From: Amycolatopsis sp. CA-128772
Lineage (GTDB): Bacteria; Actinomycetota; Actinomycetes; Mycobacteriales; Pseudonocardiaceae
Assembly: GCF_002904295.1 (NCBI RefSeq)
Contig: NZ_PPHG01000085.1
Location: 22,047 to 54,046 of the forward strand
Direction: 5' to 3'
DNA length: 32,000 nt
The position numbers were made by a program, and so were the translations under genes. Below are positions 1-12,704 of the stretch, piece after piece. The notes under the pieces were generated by a model. It was not told the DNA's origin and did no database searches. It saw only the letters and a program-made list of their open reading frames with translations. Numbering within the stretch: position 1 is the stretch's first letter; each line of letters starts with the position of its first letter.

Positions 1-237
1 AGCTGCGCATCACCGGGCGTTCCTCCGCCGGGATCGCCAGGTACGCCTGGTACCAGCGCAGCACGTCGTTGTCGGCGGCCGGCAGCCGCACCGGGCGGCC
101 CGGCGGCGGGAACAGGAGCTTGAGCTGCTGGTCCGGCCACGGCTCCAGCTCGTCCAAACCGGGGCCGGTGAAGGTGATCCGCACGGTCCGCGGGGTCACC
201 CGCCGCACCGCCGTCACTTCGAGCAGACTGGTCGCGT

Positions 238-241
<4 letters not shown>
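1..241 (-). CDS. siderophore-interacting protein (FAD-binding N-domain), partial; runs off the window edge
   Basis: Not in the ORF track because it is open at the window edge. Reverse-strand translation from GTG at 241 gives VNATSLLEVTAVRRVTPRTVRITFTGPGLDELEPWPDQQLKLLFPPPGRP...RWYQAYLAIPAEERPVMRS. This matches the pattern of SIP/ViuB-type FAD-binding N-termini. The GTG overlaps the TGA of the upstream gene (tcac at 238-241). Confidence 0.55.
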
Positions 242-2511
<2,270 letters not shown>

Positions 2512-2528
2512 ACCGTCCTTCTCGATAG

Positions 2529-2575
2529 TTTAGGCTGTAAAGTGATTCTTCAGGGTACATTACTTTAGGGTGTAA
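2529..2575. promoter_or_regulatory. candidate TetR operator pair in the divergent UvrA-like/TetR promoter
   Basis: The 76-bp AT-enriched intergenic region holds a 12-nt direct repeat with one mismatch: TTTAGGcTGTAA (2529-2540) and TTTAGGgTGTAA (2564-2575). An AAGGAG RBS at 2575-2580 lies 7 nt before the GTG at 2588. Confidence 0.4.
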
Positions 2576-2587
2576 GGAGTCGGCAAG

Positions 2588-3382
2588 GTGGTCGTCTTCG
2601 CGGGTCAGGGCGACGCCCGGCGGTCCATGGAACTGCTGTGGGGGCCTCGGGTGGGCGCGCCGCGCACGGGCCCGGGGCCCAAGCCGGGCCTGTCGGTGGA
2701 GGCGATCGTCGCGGCGGCGATCGGCATCGCGGACGCCGAGGGCATGGCGGCGCTGTCGATGCGTTCGGTGGGCGAGCGCCTCGGCCGGACCGCGATGGCG
2801 CTCTACACGTACGTCCCGGGCAAGACCGAGCTGGTCGACCTGATGTACGACCGGACGCTGGGCGAGCTGCCGTCGTCGTTCCCGGCGGTCGGCGGCTGGC
2901 GCCCGGCGGCGCTGGCGCTGGCCGAGGCGTTGTGGGAGCTGCACCTGCGGCACCCGTGGCTGCTGCAGGTTTCGCCGGCGCGGCCGGTGCTCGGGCCGGG
3001 GGAGTTCCACGTGCAGGAGACGCTGCTGTCCGTCCTCGCGGAGACCGGGCTGCCGCTGCCGCGGGTCCGGTGGGTGGTGGCGGCGTTGTTCAACGTCGTC
3101 CGCGGCTCGGTGCAGGCGGCGGCGGAGTCCCGGCAGGCCGCGACCGAAACCGGACAGTCCGAAGAGGACTGGTGGTCCGCGCGGTCGGCGTTGCTGGGCG
3201 AACTGGTCCCGGACCTGACCGCGCGCTTCCCGACGGTGGCGCGGCTCGGTGCGGAGGGTGCCTACGAGCCGTCCGACGAGCCCTACCTGGAGCGGGAGGC
3301 GCGGCTGTCGTTCGAGGCCGGGGTGGAGCTGCTGCTCGACGGCGTCGAAGCGGCGATCGTCAAGGCTTCCGGGCCTCGATGA
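2588..3382 (+). CDS. TetR/AcrR family transcriptional regulator
   Basis: N-terminal HTH pattern LSVEAIVAAAIGIADAEGMAALSMRSVGERLGRTAMALYTYVPGKTELVDLM. Good RBS (AAGGAG) before GTG 2588. Divergent from the UvrA-like gene. An alternative start is ATG 2627. Confidence 0.85.
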   Translation: MVVFAGQGDARRSMELLWGPRVGAPRTGPGPKPGLSVEAIVAAAIGIADAEGMAALSMRSVGERLGRTAMALYTYVPGKTELVDLMYDRTLGELPSSFPAVGGWRPAALALAEALWELHLRHPWLLQVSPARPVLGPGEFHVQETLLSVLAETGLPLPRVRWVVAALFNVVRGSVQAAAESRQAATETGQSEEDWWSARSALLGELVPDLTARFPTVARLGAEGAYEPSDEPYLEREARLSFEAGVELLLDGVEAAIVKASGPR

Positions 3383-4304
3383 GGAACCTCGTCGTGCGGG
3401 CGGCGAACGGGCCGTCACGCTCGATCCGCTCGTGCAGCTCCCGCAGCTTGTCCCGGTACGGCCCGACGGTGAACCCGGGGACCATCCAGATCACCTTGCG
3501 CAGGAAGTAGACCACCGCCCCGATGTCGGAGAACTCGGTGCGCAGCGACTCCGAGCGCAGGTCGGCCACTCGCAGGCCCGCCGCTTCGGCTTCTCGCACG
3601 GCCCGGTCGGGGTGACGGCTCTGACGCGCTTCTTCGGGTTGGGCGCCGAGGAAGAACTCGACCAGCTCGAACACGCTCGCCGGGCCGACCTGCTGCGAGA
3701 AGTAGCTCCCGCCGCCGCGCAGGACGCGGGCGATCCCGGGCCAGTCCGTCGTCACCGGGTGCCGGCTGGAGACGAGGTCGAACACGTCGTCGCCGAACGG
3801 GATGCCGTCGGTGGCCACGACGACGACCCCGCGCGGGCGAAGGCGGGCCGAAGCGCGAGCCACGTTCGGCGGCCAGGACTCGGTCGCGGCCATCAGCGGC
3901 GGCAGGGCCGGGCAGCCGTCGAGCACCTCGCCGCCGCCGGTTTCGAGGTCGAGGGCGGTTTCGACCTGGGCGAGCCGGGCGCCCAGCAGCCGCTGGTAAC
4001 CCCAGGAAGGCCGCTCCTCGGTGGCGCGGCCGTCCAGCCAGGAGAAGTCCCAACCGTCGACCGACACGGCTTCGGCCTCGGCGACCAGCTCGTCGAACCG
4101 CGACTTCCGGACCGGCGGCGGGGGCACCGGCTTGGCCAGCGTGACCGCGTCGAACGCCACCACGACCGGGCCGCGGCGGGTCTCCACCGTGCACGTCGTC
4201 CCGTCGCGGGCGGTCAGGTTCCCGAGCGCGTCGGTGAAGCCGCCCTCGATGCGGTAGCGGACGACGACCCGCGTGCCGAGCGGCAGCTCCCGCAGCAGCT
4301 TCAC
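3360..4304 (-). CDS. class I SAM-dependent methyltransferase with a small N-terminal extra domain
   Basis: This is the C-terminal 314 aa of the 380-aa track ORF. The start is placed at GTG 4304 (VKLLRELPLG...), overlapping the TGA of the upstream gene (tcac 4301-4304). SAM motif I-like LDLETGGGEVLDG is present. The Arg/Pro-rich N-terminal extension in the track looks non-coding. Confidence 0.7.
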   Translation of the reverse strand: MKLLRELPLGTRVVVRYRIEGGFTDALGNLTARDGTTCTVETRRGPVVVAFDAVTLAKPVPPPPVRKSRFDELVAEAEAVSVDGWDFSWLDGRATEERPSWGYQRLLGARLAQVETALDLETGGGEVLDGCPALPPLMAATESWPPNVARASARLRPRGVVVVATDGIPFGDDVFDLVSSRHPVTTDWPGIARVLRGGGSYFSQQVGPASVFELVEFFLGAQPEEARQSRHPDRAVREAEAAGLRVADLRSESLRTEFSDIGAVVYFLRKVIWMVPGFTVGPYRDKLRELHERIERDGPFAARTTRFLIEARKP

Positions 4305-4531
4305 AGGCGCGCGCTGAGCTCGTCGTCCGACGGCTCGACGAGGAACGAACCGTCCTCCCAGACGATCGTCGGGATCCGGCGGGCGCCGTCCTGCAGCTCG
4401 CGGACCCGCTGCTCGGCGGCCGCGTCGGCTTCGACGTCCACATAGGAGTACTCGACGCCTTCGCGGTCGAGCAGCGCGCGGCTGCGCTTCACGTCCGGGC
4501 ACCAGCTCGCGCCGTACACCGTCAGCTTCAC
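4301..4531 (-). CDS. glutaredoxin/mycoredoxin-like protein, monothiol variant
   Basis: Only the last 76 aa of the 754-aa track ORF look real: VKLTVYGASWCPDVKRSRALLDREGVEYSYVDVEADAAAEQRVRELQDGARRIPTIVWEDGSFLVEPSDDELSARL. This is a thioredoxin-fold beta-alpha-beta start with WCPDV (single Cys) where mycoredoxin/NrdH proteins have CxxC, and a cis-Pro motif (IPTIV). GTG 4531 overlaps the upstream TGA (tcac 4528-4531). Confidence 0.75.
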   Translation of the reverse strand: MKLTVYGASWCPDVKRSRALLDREGVEYSYVDVEADAAAEQRVRELQDGARRIPTIVWEDGSFLVEPSDDELSARL

Positions 4532-6633
4532 GAAACTACCTCCGTAACCGGGGTTTCCACCGGGGCGTGCCCCAACTCTGCCAGCCAGCCGCGGAACACC
4601 CGGTGCAGGGCCTCCGCGCCGACGACCTCGCCCGGGACCGCGAACTCGCGCGGGTGCACCACGAACCCGTGCTGCTGCGGGCCGCCCAGGCCGCCGTGCG
4701 AGCCCACGTGCGTCTCGAACGGCGATGCCTGGTCCGAGTCCGGGTCGTACCGGCTGTTGATCATCACGTCCGCGCAGTGCGGGAACGTGTCGACCCGGCG
4801 GATCAGGTCCGCGGCGTGCGGGCCGTAGGGCAGGAGCGGGTCTTCGCCGATCACCACGCCCGTCGCCAGCCGGTGCAGGCCGTCGCGGCCCAGCACCACC
4901 GGGCCGGACTCGCGGCTCGAGACCAGCAGGAACCCGACGCCCGGGTGGTCCACCAGCGACGGCAGCAGGTCCGGGTGCTCGCGCTCGATCGTCTCCAGCT
5001 CGACGCGGCCTTCGTGCTCGGTGAACGACACCATCGCGATGTGCCCCGACACGACCACCACCACGCCGGGCGCCACCCGGGTGACCGCGCCGGGCGAGCC
5101 GGACGTCGTGCGCGGGGAGTCTTCGGCGCACTCCGCGTCCGCCACGCGGGCGCGCAGCCGGCGGGCGATCGGGCCGCCGCTCTTCGTCGCCTCCGCCAGG
5201 GCCGCGTTGATCTGCCAGCTCTCGGCCTGGCGCCGCTTGCCGGCGGACGGCGACGGCGTGCCACCGCAGAGCCGTCCGACGCACGCCTCGATCGTCTCGC
5301 CGAAGCGCTGCGAGAACGCCTGGCCCTGGGTCTGGCCGTGGTCCGACAGCGCCACCACGTGGTAGCGGCGCGGCGCCAGCCGGCTCGCCCGGTGCAGCCG
5401 CGCGATCTGCTGGTCGATCGAGCGAAGCACCGACAGCGTGTCGAACCGCTCGATGCCGGAGTGGTGCGCGACCTCGTCGTAGCCGAGGAAGTCCGCGTAC
5501 ACCACGGGCCGGCCGGCCAGCATGTCGCCGAGGATCGCCGACACGACGACGTCCCGCGCGATCACCGTCGTGCCCGGCCGGGCGAGGGGGTACCAGCCGC
5601 CGCGCGGCACCCGCGGCACGACACCGGCGCGGCGCTGGCGCACCGACGCGTTGATTTCGCGGAAGACGTCGGCGAGGGCGACGGCGAGCGTGCGCAGCGC
5701 GTTGACCGGGTTCGCGAAGTAGGCGTAGTAGCCCGCGCCGAGCCGGTCGCGGTGCCGGCGCAGCAGCTTCTTCGGCACCAGCACCGGGATCGAGCTCATG
5801 GTGAGGCTGACGTGGCCGGCGTCGCCGGAGAACAGGTTGCCGCGGCTCGCGCCGTCGCCGGCCAGCAGCCCGCGCCCGTCCGAATGGCGCCGCTCGATCT
5901 CGGCCGCGTCGGCCGGGTGCGCGCACGCCATCACGTGGTCGCGGTCCTTTTCGTACCAGCGGAACCCGAGGATGTCGTGGTTGGAGCCGTGCAGGATGCC
6001 GCAGACGCTCGCGCCGGTCTGCGAGCTCCAGTCGGTGTGCCAGCGGGTCAGCGCGTGGCTGCCCTCGGCGAGCCAGGCGGCGAACGTCGGCATGTCGCCG
6101 TCGCGGACCGCGCGGCGGACGGTGTCGAAGCCGAGGCCGTCGATCTGCAGGAACAACACGCCGGGCGGCTGGTCCGCGGTTCCGGCGGCGGGCGCGTGGC
6201 GCCGGCGGCGGCGGGCGGCCCGGCGGAAGAAGATCTCGTCCTCGTCGATGGCCAGCAGGCTGGAGATGAGCGCGCCGACCGCGGCCATGCCGAGCGTCAC
6301 GATCACCGCGGTCCGGAACCCGGCCACCTCGACCCCGGGTACCGTGCGGAACACCGTTAGCGTCCCGGCGCCGATCAGCAGGAACCCGGAGAGGCCGAAG
6401 GTGAAGAACGCCAGCGGGTAGGCGATCCGCATGACCAGCGGCCAGCCGACGGCGGCGAGCAGGCCGAGCAGCAGCGCGCACACCGCCGGCTGCCACCAGT
6501 GCGTCATCCGGAACCCGGGCAGCAGCACGTCGAGCAGGCGCAGCGCGCCGGTCACCGCGACCCACACGCCCAGCGCGCGGGCCACGGCCCGGCCGCCGCG
6601 CAGCAGCCGGCCCTTCGGCGCCGTCGTCGTCAC
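4528..6633 (-). CDS. membrane-anchored alkaline-phosphatase-superfamily (type I phosphodiesterase/nucleotide pyrophosphatase-like) protein
   Basis: The start is placed at GTG 6633 (VTTTAPKGRLL...), overlapping the DedA stop (tcac 6630-6633). The N-terminal ~150 aa has about four hydrophobic helices and resembles a holin-like membrane module. An AlkP-core-like region follows (VLFLQIDGLGFD, WSSQTGAS, DFLGYDEVAHHSG, ALSDHGQ, THVGSHGGLGG). Confidence 0.75.
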   Translation of the reverse strand: MTTTAPKGRLLRGGRAVARALGVWVAVTGALRLLDVLLPGFRMTHWWQPAVCALLLGLLAAVGWPLVMRIAYPLAFFTFGLSGFLLIGAGTLTVFRTVPGVEVAGFRTAVIVTLGMAAVGALISSLLAIDEDEIFFRRAARRRRRHAPAAGTADQPPGVLFLQIDGLGFDTVRRAVRDGDMPTFAAWLAEGSHALTRWHTDWSSQTGASVCGILHGSNHDILGFRWYEKDRDHVMACAHPADAAEIERRHSDGRGLLAGDGASRGNLFSGDAGHVSLTMSSIPVLVPKKLLRRHRDRLGAGYYAYFANPVNALRTLAVALADVFREINASVRQRRAGVVPRVPRGGWYPLARPGTTVIARDVVVSAILGDMLAGRPVVYADFLGYDEVAHHSGIERFDTLSVLRSIDQQIARLHRASRLAPRRYHVVALSDHGQTQGQAFSQRFGETIEACVGRLCGGTPSPSAGKRRQAESWQINAALAEATKSGGPIARRLRARVADAECAEDSPRTTSGSPGAVTRVAPGVVVVVSGHIAMVSFTEHEGRVELETIEREHPDLLPSLVDHPGVGFLLVSSRESGPVVLGRDGLHRLATGVVIGEDPLLPYGPHAADLIRRVDTFPHCADVMINSRYDPDSDQASPFETHVGSHGGLGGPQQHGFVVHPREFAVPGEVVGAEALHRVFRGWLAELGHAPVETPVTEVVS

Positions 6634-7211
6634 ACCCGCTCCTTGGTCCGGCGCCGCCACCGGGCGATCAGGTTGGTCAGGACGGTCACCAGCAGGACCA
6701 GCACCGTCGCCAGCAGCGTCGCGATGAGCGGCGAGTCGAAGATGCCGCCGCTGACGATGCCGAGCACCGCGTACGCGCACGCCCAAAGCACGCACGCGCC
6801 GAGCGCCGCGGGCAGCAGGCGCCGCCACGGGTAGCTCAGCGCGGCCGCCGCGAGCAGCACCGGGATGCGCCCGGCCGGGACGAGCCGGCCGATCACGACG
6901 AGCTGCCAGCCGCGCCGGGCGAACTGGTCGCGGGCCTTCTCGAGCCGTTCGGCCGGCTGGCGGCGGCTGATCCAGCGGAACGCGGCTTCGCTGCCCAGGC
7001 GCGGGATCCCGAACGTCACGACGTCGCCGAGGTACGCGCCGAGCACGGCGAGCACGATGACCAGCGGCAGGGACAGGTGGCCCGTGGTGGTGGCGACCGC
7101 GGCCGCGGCGCCGACGACCGCGCCGGTGGGCACGACCGGCACGATCGAGCCGAGCAGCACGCCGCCGAACACCGCCGGGTACCCGACAGCGGCCGGGTCC
7201 GTCCAGTTCAC
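6630..7211 (-). CDS. DedA/VTT-domain family membrane protein
   Basis: The start is placed at GTG 7211 (VNWTDPAAVGYPAVFGG...), overlapping the MBL gene stop (tcac 7208-7211). It is 193 aa and multi-pass hydrophobic, with the DedA-like pattern GxxLGDxxxF...R and RLVPAGRIPV. The upstream 174 aa of the track ORF are Arg/Pro-rich junk. Confidence 0.75.
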   Translation of the reverse strand: MNWTDPAAVGYPAVFGGVLLGSIVPVVPTGAVVGAAAAVATTTGHLSLPLVIVLAVLGAYLGDVVTFGIPRLGSEAAFRWISRRQPAERLEKARDQFARRGWQLVVIGRLVPAGRIPVLLAAAALSYPWRRLLPAALGACVLWACAYAVLGIVSGGIFDSPLIATLLATVLVLLVTVLTNLIARWRRRTKERV

Positions 7212-7990
7212 GCGCGGTCCGTCGGCGCGGGCAGCACGACGTCGGCGCCGGGCTCGGTGAACAGCACCTCGGTGTGGCCGTTCGCCTCGGCCGCGAACAC
7301 GCGCGGCGGGTCGGCCAGCAGCCGCCGCATCCGCGCGGTGCGCCGGACGCCGGGGAGGGCGAGGGTGCCCCAGTGCACGGGGACGGCCGCCCGGGCGTGC
7401 ACCAGCCCGGCGGCCCGCGCGGCGCGGGCGGGGTCGAGGTGCCCGGGGCCGAGGTTCGGCCCCCAGCCCCAGACGGGCAGCAGGGCGACGTCGACCGGGC
7501 CGAGGTCGCGCATGCCGTCGAAGAGGTCGGTGTCGCCCGCGTTGTAGACCTTCCGGCCGTCGCCCTCGATGAGGTGCCCGAGCGCGGGACTCTGCGGCCC
7601 GTGGGTCAGGCGCGGCCCCCAGCGGTGTCCGGAGTGGACGGCTTCGGTGGCGGTGACGGTCAGGCCGCCCTCGGTGAGCGTCTCCCCGGGCGCGATCTCT
7701 TCGACGCGCTCGAAGCCCTTGCTGCGCAGCCACGACCCGGCCCCGCGGGGGACGACGATCCGGGGCCGCGTGCCGAGCAGTCTCAGCGACGGCAGGTGCA
7801 GGTGGTCGCCGTGCAGGTGGGAAAGCAGGACGAGATCGACGTCGGCGTAGCTCGCCGGCGCCGGCACGGGAACCACCCGGACGAGCCCGCCGACGCGCGC
7901 GGTGAGCACGGGATCGGTCAGCACGACCCGGCCACCGAGTTCCAGGCGGACGGTCGAATGGCCGAGGAATCGCAGGCTGAAGCCGCTCAC
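7208..7990 (-). CDS. MBL-fold metallo-hydrolase
   Basis: LRFLGHSTVRLELGGRVVLTDP followed by the metallo-beta-lactamase motif LLSHLHGDHL, and later AGDTD and HWGT. The start is placed at GTG 7990 (VSGFSLRFLGHST), with GGAGGTGA about 10 nt upstream. Confidence 0.8.
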   Translation of the reverse strand: MSGFSLRFLGHSTVRLELGGRVVLTDPVLTARVGGLVRVVPVPAPASYADVDLVLLSHLHGDHLHLPSLRLLGTRPRIVVPRGAGSWLRSKGFERVEEIAPGETLTEGGLTVTATEAVHSGHRWGPRLTHGPQSPALGHLIEGDGRKVYNAGDTDLFDGMRDLGPVDVALLPVWGWGPNLGPGHLDPARAARAAGLVHARAAVPVHWGTLALPGVRRTARMRRLLADPPRVFAAEANGHTEVLFTEPGADVVLPAPTDRA

Positions 7991-8050
7991 GTCCCGAGTA
8001 TCACCTCCACCGGCGGGGAACGCCCGGCGGAGTGGCCAGGGCAACGCCGT

Positions 8051-10725
<2,675 letters not shown>

Positions 10726-10783
10726 GCCGGACGCCTCGCGAAGCTGGGCCGTCCGGGTGATCTGAGCGGTATGTCCGGTTCCC

Positions 10784-10831
10784 TTGGTTATTAACCAACC
10801 TTCGTCGGTAGTGCGTTGGTTGCCTGGCAAC
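10784..10831. promoter_or_regulatory. two perfect palindromes upstream of the protease gene
   Basis: TTGGTTAtTAACCAA (10784-10798, arms 7-1-7) and GTTGCCtGGCAAC (10819-10831, arms 6-1-6). Both are preceded by TTGGTT, and both lie in the AT-enriched leader before ATG 10877. Confidence 0.35.
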
Positions 10832-10876
10832 GAAAGTGTCGGCACAGGCTTCGACGCCCACCCCTGGAGGAAGTTG

Positions 10877-11893
10877 ATGACTCCCCGGAAGACCGCCCTC
10901 AAGACCCTCGCCGTCGTGTCGGCCGCCGCGCTGACCAGCGGTGTTTGCGCTTCGGCGGCCACCGCGTCCCCGCTGGCCTTCGCGGAACTGCAGGCCCACG
11001 CGATCGGCACCGCCACCCAGGTGGCGGACACGCTCGGCGCCGCGTCCGGCGGCGTCTACCTCGAAAACGGCAAGGCCGTCGTGAACGTCGTCGACGACGC
11101 CGCGCTGCAGCGGGTGCAGGCGGCCGGCCTCACCGCGAAGAAGGTCAAGCACACCTTCGCCGCGCTCACCGGGGTCAAGAACCAGCTGGACGCGGTGAAG
11201 AACGTGCCGCAGACCGCGTGGGGCATCGACACGAAGACCAACCAGGTCGTCGTGAAGGTCTACGACGCGGCCAGCAAGGAGACCGCGGACAAGGTTTCCG
11301 CGGCCGCCGCGAAGTACGGCGACAGCGTCCGCGTCGAGCACCGCACCGGCAAGCTGTCGCTGTACATCGCCGACGGCGACGCGATCCAGAACAGCCAGGG
11401 CCGCTGCTCGCTCGGCTTCAACGTGACGCGCGGCGGGTCGCCGTACCTGCTCACGGCGGGCCACTGCACCAACCTCGGCGGCACCTGGTCCGGCGGCGAC
11501 GTCTCCGGCGCGCAGGTCGTCGAGAGCGACTGCCCCGGCGCCGACTCCGGCCTGCTGACCCGCCCGAACGGCACCGGCCCGGGCGAGATCAACACCGGCC
11601 GGCCGATCACGTCGGCGGCGGCCCCGACGGTCGGCGAGCAGATCGAGAAGCAGGGCTCGACGACCGGCGGCGGCAGCGGCGAGGTCACCTCGGTCGACGA
11701 GTCGGTCAACTTCGACGTCGGCGTGCTCAACCACGAGTTCGGCACGACCGCCCACACCGACCACGGCGACTCCGGCGGCCCGGCGTACGACGGATCGACG
11801 GGCCTGGGCACGCTGTCCGGCGGCGACACGGTGACCAGCTACTTCTACCCGCTCACCCGCGAGCTGCAGGCGTACGGCCTCGAGCTCGCCTGA
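10877..11893 (+). CDS. secreted S1 family serine protease (streptogrisin/alpha-lytic protease type) with pro-region
   Basis: ATG 10877 follows a GGAGGA RBS. Signal peptide MTPRKTALKTLAVVSAAALTSGVCASAATASP. Catalytic motifs LTAGHC (His) and GDSGGP (Ser). Domain order is pro-region then chymotrypsin fold, as in the Streptomyces SGPA/B family. Confidence 0.9.
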   Translation: MTPRKTALKTLAVVSAAALTSGVCASAATASPLAFAELQAHAIGTATQVADTLGAASGGVYLENGKAVVNVVDDAALQRVQAAGLTAKKVKHTFAALTGVKNQLDAVKNVPQTAWGIDTKTNQVVVKVYDAASKETADKVSAAAAKYGDSVRVEHRTGKLSLYIADGDAIQNSQGRCSLGFNVTRGGSPYLLTAGHCTNLGGTWSGGDVSGAQVVESDCPGADSGLLTRPNGTGPGEINTGRPITSAAAPTVGEQIEKQGSTTGGGSGEVTSVDESVNFDVGVLNHEFGTTAHTDHGDSGGPAYDGSTGLGTLSGGDTVTSYFYPLTRELQAYGLELA

Positions 11894-11903
11894 CCGGAAA
11901 GGC

Positions 11904-11935
11904 CCCGCTCACCGCCGTCGGGGGAGGTGAGCGGG
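11904..11935. terminator. hairpin between convergent protease and methyltransferase genes
   Basis: 10-bp perfect stem CCCGCTCACC (11904-11913) / GGTGAGCGGG (11926-11935) with a 12-nt loop. There is no clear U-tract on either strand, which is common in actinomycetes. Confidence 0.45.
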
Positions 11936-11945
11936 CCTGGCCCGG

Positions 11946-12566
11946 TCACGCTTCGAGCCGCCGAGCCCGGTAGACGGCGTCGGTGTGGTGGCCCTCACCG
12001 CGCGTCTCGCAGGTTTCGACGAGCCACTGCCACGCGTCGCCGAGGTAGCCGGTGATCTCCTCGGGCTCGAAGAACAGCTCCTCGGGCGGCTTCTGCCCGT
12101 CGAACTGGCGCATGGCCTTCGGCGAGTGCCCGACGACCAGCAGCGAGCCACCGGGCCGGATCGCCGCCGCGGCCGCGGTGAAGACGTCGCGCCGCAGCGC
12201 GGGCGGAAGGTGCATGTACTGCGCGGAGACGAGGTCGTAGGCGTCCTCGGGCCGCCAGCTCAGGATGTCCCGGTGCAGCCAGTCGACCGTCACACCGGCC
12301 TCCCGACCGGCGGCTTCCGCCCGCGCGAGCGCGGTGGTCGAAATGTCGGCACCGTCGACGGTCCAGCCGTGCCGGGCGAGCCAGATCGCGTCACCCCCCT
12401 CGCCGCAGCCGAGGTCGAGCGCCCGCCCGGGTTTCAGCCCCTCGACCTCGGTCTGCAGGTTGACGTTGACGTTCCCGCTCCAGATCCGGTCGTCTCGCTG
12501 GTAGAGCGCCTCCCAGAACTCCTGCTTGAGCATGGCGTCGACGGTCATCGGGTGGTCGTGCGGCAT
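11946..12566 (-). CDS. class I SAM-dependent methyltransferase (TPMT/TehB-like architecture)
   Basis: 206 aa. N-terminal FWEALYQRDDRIWSG...N..L, then motif I ALDLGCGEGGDAIWLARHGWTVDGADIS, then post-I/II regions (DLVSAQYMH, RPGGSLLVVGH). It lies immediately downstream of the flB-like gene on the same strand. Confidence 0.8.
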   Translation of the reverse strand: MPHDHPMTVDAMLKQEFWEALYQRDDRIWSGNVNVNLQTEVEGLKPGRALDLGCGEGGDAIWLARHGWTVDGADISTTALARAEAAGREAGVTVDWLHRDILSWRPEDAYDLVSAQYMHLPPALRRDVFTAAAAAIRPGGSLLVVGHSPKAMRQFDGQKPPEELFFEPEEITGYLGDAWQWLVETCETRGEGHHTDAVYRARRLEA

Positions 12567-12624
12567 GGTGCCTCCTCGGGGTCTGCCTCCGAGGATGGGG
12601 AGGGGGTACCTGGGAAGGCAAATG

Positions 12625-12645
12625 CTGTTGCCGGAATGGCAACGG
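12625..12645 (-). terminator. possible weak terminator hairpin downstream of the flB-like gene
   Basis: CTGTTGCC-GGAAT-GGCAACGG forms an 8-bp stem with one G-U pair. On the minus strand it is followed by CAUUUGCC, so the U-tract is weak. Confidence 0.3.
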
Positions 12646-12704
12646 CGGGAGGTGCTGGGCGCGGTCGCGCTCGGGGACCGGCCGACGCTCGCCGCCGACC
12701 GGCC

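Noticed and set aside
4301-6565. 754-aa minus-strand ORF taken at face value as one large protein
   Set aside because: Only the last 76 codons (the glutaredoxin-like protein) look like real protein. The upstream part is an out-of-frame read of the alkaline-phosphatase-family gene and is extremely Arg/Pro-rich.
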